From Tubiluchus corallicola (taxonomy: Eukaryota > Animalia > Priapulida), in NCBI GenBank assembly GCA_030141605.1, contig JAQGDQ010000310.1, positions 124,001-188,000 on the forward strand: 64,000 bases of DNA, written 5' to 3'. The stretch's first letter is position 1; the number at the start of each line of letters is the position of its first letter. Both the position numbers and the translations under genes were made by a program. Shown here one piece after another: positions 60,301-64,000 of this stretch. A model generated the notes under the pieces. That model searched no databases, was not told where the DNA came from, and was given only the letters and a program-made list of their open reading frames with translations.

Positions 60301-63300
60301 ACTAGCTGCTACAGCGGCTTGACAAGCTGGTGGGGTAGGTAAGGCGGGAAGGGTGGCCGCCGCCTGACTCCACTGACTGTACATAGAATACGCCGAAGCA
60401 CTCGGGGTAGACGAAACAGGAACTTGAGGGTACGCGACGGCAGGAGGAGGGTTGGTGGGAGCAGACGTCAAAGAAGGGGGAGCCGCGGACGTCGTCGTCA
60501 GCTGGGTGCTGGCAGCTGAAGTCGGCGTAGCAGTGGACTGTGAATAAGCCAACCACTGATTATAAGCTGCGGTGGCAAATGTGGATGAGGTCTCGGCAGA
60601 GGAAGTGGATAACGTGGATGTTTGCGTGCTCGGGGTGGTGGTTGTGGAAGATTGGCTGGAATATGAAGCCAGCCATGCACTGTAATACTGGGGATCCCAA
60701 TACGTTCCCCCCTGCTGCGGATAGGCCCCATAACCACCCTGCCCTGCATTTGCCCCACCAGTACTTTGATCGTAGCCTCCGCCGCCACCTCCGTATCCTC
60801 CTCCGCCTCCATATCCTCCTCCACCTCCGCTGGATCCGCCGTAGCCGCCTCCAGATCCGCCATATCCTCCGCCGCTTGAACTGCCATAGCTATCTGCTCC
60901 GTAGCCCTGATCCGATGAGCCGTAGCCTCGTTGGCTGGTGTCCGATTGTTGGCCGTACGACTGCTGTCCATAGCCACTCTGTGCTTGAGATCCATAGCCG
61001 GATTGCGACGTCTGATAATCGGACGTTGGTGCAGCAGTGGATTGCTGACCGGCAGCAGAGCCATATGAGCCGTAAGCACCTAAATCATGAACAAATCAAG
61101 TCCATAAATACAAGGAAATGAGGTATTTAAACATAACCTAAAGAAGCTGTTTTCTGTAAAAAGTAAAACGTGTTTATAGTTTCCTAAATTCTTAAAGCAC
61201 AAGAAAATCCTCCACTTACATAAACTTTAAAAAATTTGTCTTGAAATTTTATGCCACTTACATATTGCCTTTTTGCATTCAGGGCTTGCGTCGGCTGCAA
61301 CACTGTATAAAACTTGCAAATTTAAACTCCCGCGATGACCGTTAGATGCAGCCATTTTGACGATGAGTCATATAAAACAAGTCTAGATAACACTGAGCAA
61401 AGTTTGAGAAAATAATCAGAGCATTCGTAGCGCACACGTCACTAACTAAGTAAAATTTAAAATTACTGTACCTTGTCACTAAGATTAAAAATATGTTTTT
61501 GGTTAGTGAGTGGTGCTCCCTGGAGTGTGAGTCAGCAACATTTACCAATTGGTGAAAACATTTTAAATAATTAATAATTTTATTAGCATCATGTTGCAAG
61601 CCTGCACGTATGAATGCTGGTCATTTAAGCAGACTAACAGAAGATACCGACAAGCCTAGTTTCTTGTTTTGACTGTGGCAACTTATCAAACAAGCACCAC
61701 ATTTTAGAATGTCAGATAAAAAACATATGCAACCTTTAACATTTTAATACTAAATACTACACGTTAACGAGTGCACATTCTATAGGCACTCGTTAAAGGA
61801 CTAGAAAACGGTATCTGAAGTAGGTTTCGGAAAAATCGCCTTAAGAAATTATATTCCTTTATAACAATTTTACGCGCATATTGTACGTGCATTGAAAGGA
61901 TATTTTGTTTATTTTCAATTTAAATCTCCTGACAAGGCAGTCCTGACCGCGCCATTACATGACGTCATACACACACAATGTAAATCAGGGGAAGAAAAGG
62001 AAATGTTAAACTATGTTCCAAAAAACTTTTCATGCAAGTCTATATTACTTAGCATTTCGCTTACTTGTTTGAAAGACTTATGTAACTAGAAAAGAAAATT
62101 ATTAATAGTATAAAATGTTTTCACCAAGTGGTAAAAACGTATTTTTAATCTTACTGACAAGATGCATTCATTTAAAATTTTACTTAGCTTGCGACCTGTG
62201 CGCTACGATTGCTCTGAAAGGTTTTTCAAACTTTACACAATGTTATTTAAACCTGTTTGAAATGACTTGTCAAAATGGCTGCGCCTACAGTCATCGTGGG
62301 AGTTTAAATTTACATGTTTTACACTGTGTTACTGCTTCTGCAAGCCCTGAATGCAAGAAGGTAGTAAGTGAGGGGTGTAAAATTTCAAGGCGAATTTTTT
62401 AAGCTTTAAGTGGAGGGTTTTCTTGTGCTTTAAGGCTTACAGCCTACAAATTTATTAACATATATATATATTCAACATACCATAAGACGGTTGTTGTTGT
62501 GCACTCGAATAAGCTGACTGTCCACCTGCACCTGATGTGCCATAAGAAGAAGTCTGTCCGTAAGTGCCCGACGCAGCAGTCGACTGAGAATAATCTTGAC
62601 CATAACCCGCATAACTTTGCTGACCGTAGCCGCCTGCAGCGCCACCCTGGAAAAACATCTTTGTGAAACGGCATTCGGTCAATAAGAAAAAACTTGTTCC
62701 AAAATTTTCACAAATGAAATTAGGGATGTAGCGGATCCGATAGAAATGCTCGACGGATTTCGCATTATTTGTATTTCTCATTTTCTATGGTAGAACAACC
62801 GAATGTGAAAAAATATACATGACAGTTTAATTACCTATTATGTAAGATTTCTATTAAAATGTTGAGAAATTTACGAAAGTGTCGCTTAATTTTTATGCTG
62901 CCATACTTGTAGCGCCTGCAAGTGATAGCAGCAATCTTCACGCTGTGGTTCCCTACAGTGGACAACGAGAGCACATTTGCCACTAAAATGTCTGCAAAAC
63001 ATTTACAGACTCCCATGAAAAGCATAAGTTGCCAGTTTTTTTAGCTGAAATTGTGCAGATCAATTGTTCTAAATCACAGCACATCAACTTTAAAGGAAAA
63101 CCAGATGATTGTGAAAACATTACTTCAGAATAAAGAATGCTCTAAAATATTTAAAAATACAAGAGCTCTTTTAAAATCAAAGCTTTTTGTCACATTTGCG
63201 TGGCCGACAAATAGAAGGCGGTACCGTGATAAGCATGATCATGAACTGCAGTGTTAGTTTCCGACGTCATATGATGTAAAACCGATTTTTCGTGACATCA

Positions 63301-63941
63301 CGCGTTTAAACAGTACTGTAACACTTATGCAAATGTGCTTGATGCGCAAAGGAAGATGCCCGCCATTGCACAAACTGAGGTTAGTTTCTGACGTAAGCAA
63401 TAGCTGTGTTCCGTTGCCGTTAATTAACTTTCTCAGATAATTATTCAAATATAAGGATCCCCTAGATCCTTATTCCCTAAATAAAACTGCAATTTAAATC
63501 ATCTGACCCAGCTCTATAAAACACACTCAAGCAATGAGCTCTTAAGCACTCAGGTACCAGTGTTTGAACAATGTTTTGATCAAAAGGAACAAAACAGAAA
63601 GTCAAAGATAGGTGAAACTATGCATGCTTTTTATTCAAGGTGACGAGTAATTTGACATCAGTTTTATTAGGATGCGTGCATTTTTGAAATTATTACTTTT
63701 GCACTTTGTAATATTATTGTATGTTGCACAGATTGATAAATCACTTAGTTATGAAATTTGCTATTCTAAAAATGGTGATAAACTATTAAACTTACTTACT
63801 AACTTACATCCCAAAATGAAAAGAATCAAAACTTTTCTAGTGCAACCAGGGTTGATACAAACAAATGAATTTTCTCAAGTGTTTAATGACATTGTATTGA
63901 AACTCACCTGCTGCTGGTAGCCGCCATACTGGTCACCGTAA
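38667..63941 (-). CDS. FUS: FET-family RNA-binding protein (FUS/EWSR1/TAF15, cabeza-like), 5'-incomplete spliced CDS
   Basis: Exons 63941-63908, 62646-62481, 61079-59850 (or 61079-60765), 59172-59061, 54924-54887, 46467-46313, 45023-44894, 43385-43236, 41262-41113, 40037-39899, 38697-38667. All are GT-AG with consistent phases. Domains: SYGQ region, RGG boxes, RRM, RanBP2 ZnF and C-terminal REDRRPRPY*. The symbol marks the family, and one-to-one orthology to FUS is not established. Confidence 0.93.
38752..39069. mobile_element. hAT-like MITE
   Basis: TIR CAGGGGCGT / ACGCCCCTG with a degenerate 8-bp TSD CTCAGAAG/TTCAGGAG. Confidence 0.7.
39899..40037 (-). CDS. FUS: FET exon, C-terminal RGG box
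   Basis: [23 protein letters not shown]...[10 protein letters not shown], with donor AG|GTAAGT. Confidence 0.93.
41113..41262 (-). CDS. FUS: FET exon, RanBP2-type zinc finger
   Basis: [31 protein letters not shown]. Confidence 0.96.
43236..43385 (-). CDS. FUS: FET exon, end of RRM plus RGG2
   Basis: [31 protein letters not shown]..., phase 1/1. Confidence 0.93.
44070..44619. mobile_element. Tigger-like MITE containing a Kolobok-like fragment
   Basis: Imperfect 22-bp TIR CGGGTAGTTGTCGACTTACGAC / GTCGTAAGTCGGCGATTACCTG. Internal TTAA|AGGAAGACAGGATG at about 44196. Confidence 0.6.
44894..45023 (-). CDS. FUS: FET exon, RRM core (missed by the ORF track)
   Basis: [43 protein letters not shown], containing the FET KK loop and the RNP1 KGEATVTF. 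Confidence 0.96.
45255..45297. repeat. (CA)n microsatellite
   Basis: About 20 CA units. Confidence 0.9.
45805..46255 (-). mobile_element. Rex1/Babar-like LINE 3' fragment
   Basis: The minus strand gives [28 protein letters not shown]...[10 protein letters not shown], matching the HP...LPSGRR...F.P.AIR C-terminal pattern, then AATAAA and a (CTTA)n tail. Confidence 0.65.
46313..46467 (-). CDS. FUS: FET exon, start of RRM
   Basis: [51 protein letters not shown], with donor AAG|GTGAGA. Confidence 0.96.
47204..49667. repeat. 56-bp tandem array (about 29 copies to 48860), then degenerate copies and a 57-bp variant (about 3.5 copies)
   Basis: Unit AACATGAATGTTCTACACTCAAAACCTTTGCTTCTGTGCAAAGTCAC(T/C)CAATAACG. 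Confidence 0.97.
50415..51325. repeat. 32-33-bp tandem array, about 28 copies
   Basis: Unit CATGGTATGATGTACTCTTTAGACATAAAAAA. Confidence 0.96.
52430..54245. repeat. 153-bp tandem array (8 homogeneous copies plus diverged ones)
   Basis: The GACCT motif recurs at 53017, 53170, 53323, 53476 and on to 54241. Confidence 0.96.
54887..54924 (-). CDS. FUS: FET 38-nt mini-exon ([12 protein letters not shown]), counterpart of FUS exon 7
   Basis: TTTTCTCTCACTAG|G GGT CAG GAT CGA GGC GGC GGT TAC AGC AAA TTT GGT G|GTAAGT. It is needed to join the upstream phase 2 donor to the downstream phase 1 acceptor. Confidence 0.92.
56505..57060. repeat. 95-bp tandem array, about 6 copies
   Basis: TACTATAG recurs at 56571, 56666, 56761, 56856, 56951 and 57046. 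A separate two-copy repeat of about 95 bp is at 55720-55905. Confidence 0.95.
57065..58572. repeat. 31-bp tandem array, about 48 copies
   Basis: Unit ACTTCTGCAAACACGAAACGGAAAGGTAATC with a GGTACGT variant. Confidence 0.96.
59061..59172 (-). CDS. FUS: FET exon, RGG1
   Basis: [35 protein letters not shown], with acceptor TTTCAG| and donor GG|GTAAGA. Confidence 0.93.
59850..61079 (-). CDS. FUS: FET exon, SYGQ domain with a long in-frame Ser/Thr/Pro-rich extension
   Basis: One open frame runs from the acceptor at 61079 (GAYGSYG...) through ORF 59809-60552 to the donor TTAG|GTAATA at 59850 (phase 1). A weak internal donor CAAA|GTACTG at 60765 is also phase 1. Confidence 0.8.
61196..62429. mobile_element. 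Kolobok-like element with inverted arms of about 390 bp
   Basis: TTAA|AGCACAAGAAAA...TTTTCTTGTGCT|TTAA. The segments 61196-61580 and 62045-62429 are diverged reverse complements. Confidence 0.85.
62481..62646 (-). CDS. FUS: FET exon, SYGQ low-complexity domain
   Basis: [36 protein letters not shown]...QQQPSY with canonical splice sites. Confidence 0.93.
63908..63941 (-). CDS. FUS: FET 34-nt exon near the N-terminus ([11 protein letters not shown]); start codon lies beyond the window
   Basis: TGTTTTAG|T TAC GGT GAC CAG TAT GGC GGC TAC CAG CAG CAG|GTGAGT. Confidence 0.88.
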
Positions 63942-64000
63942 CTAAAACATTTAGAAAACAATGTTTATTAATTTTTGTTTTAACCATTCTTTTGGCACAA

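Noticed and set aside
59809-60552. 247-aa Pro-rich ORF as an independent nested gene
   Set aside because: It starts at TTG, is in frame and continuous with the FET exon from 61079, and has a phase-compatible donor before its stop.
59885-61121. Plus-strand Gly/Pro-rich (collagen-like) and Arg/Leu-rich ORFs
   Set aside because: They mirror the Pro- and Gly-rich FET exon on the opposite strand and have no sustained Gly-X-Y register.

Overview
This is animal (probably invertebrate) genomic DNA that is AT-rich and intron-rich, so the ORF track is mostly noise. Two multi-exon genes lie tail-to-tail. On the + strand is a complete paxillin gene: 9 coding exons, 4041-34759, about 491 aa, with LD1-LD5 and four LIM domains, and every GT-AG phase is consistent. 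On the - strand is a FET-family gene (FUS/EWSR1/TAF15, cabeza-like): 11 coding exons from 63941 to 38667, with its start outside the window. It encodes an SYGQ low-complexity domain, RGG boxes, an RRM, a RanBP2 zinc finger and a PY-NLS. The introns hold MITEs (hAT, Tc2/pogo, TTAA-targeting Kolobok-like), LINE 3' ends, a tRNA-derived SINE and tandem arrays. The best candidate for a novel system is in the FET gene. A 38-nt frame-shifting exon, equivalent to the autoregulatory FUS exon 7, has a 78-nt hairpin over its likely branch point, and this hairpin pairs better on the transcribed strand. The two introns around that exon are about 60% tandem arrays. Also notable are a 305-codon in-frame Ser/Thr/Pro extension of a FET exon and a tandem amplification of a paxillin splice donor. 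Everything was read by eye and no searches were run.
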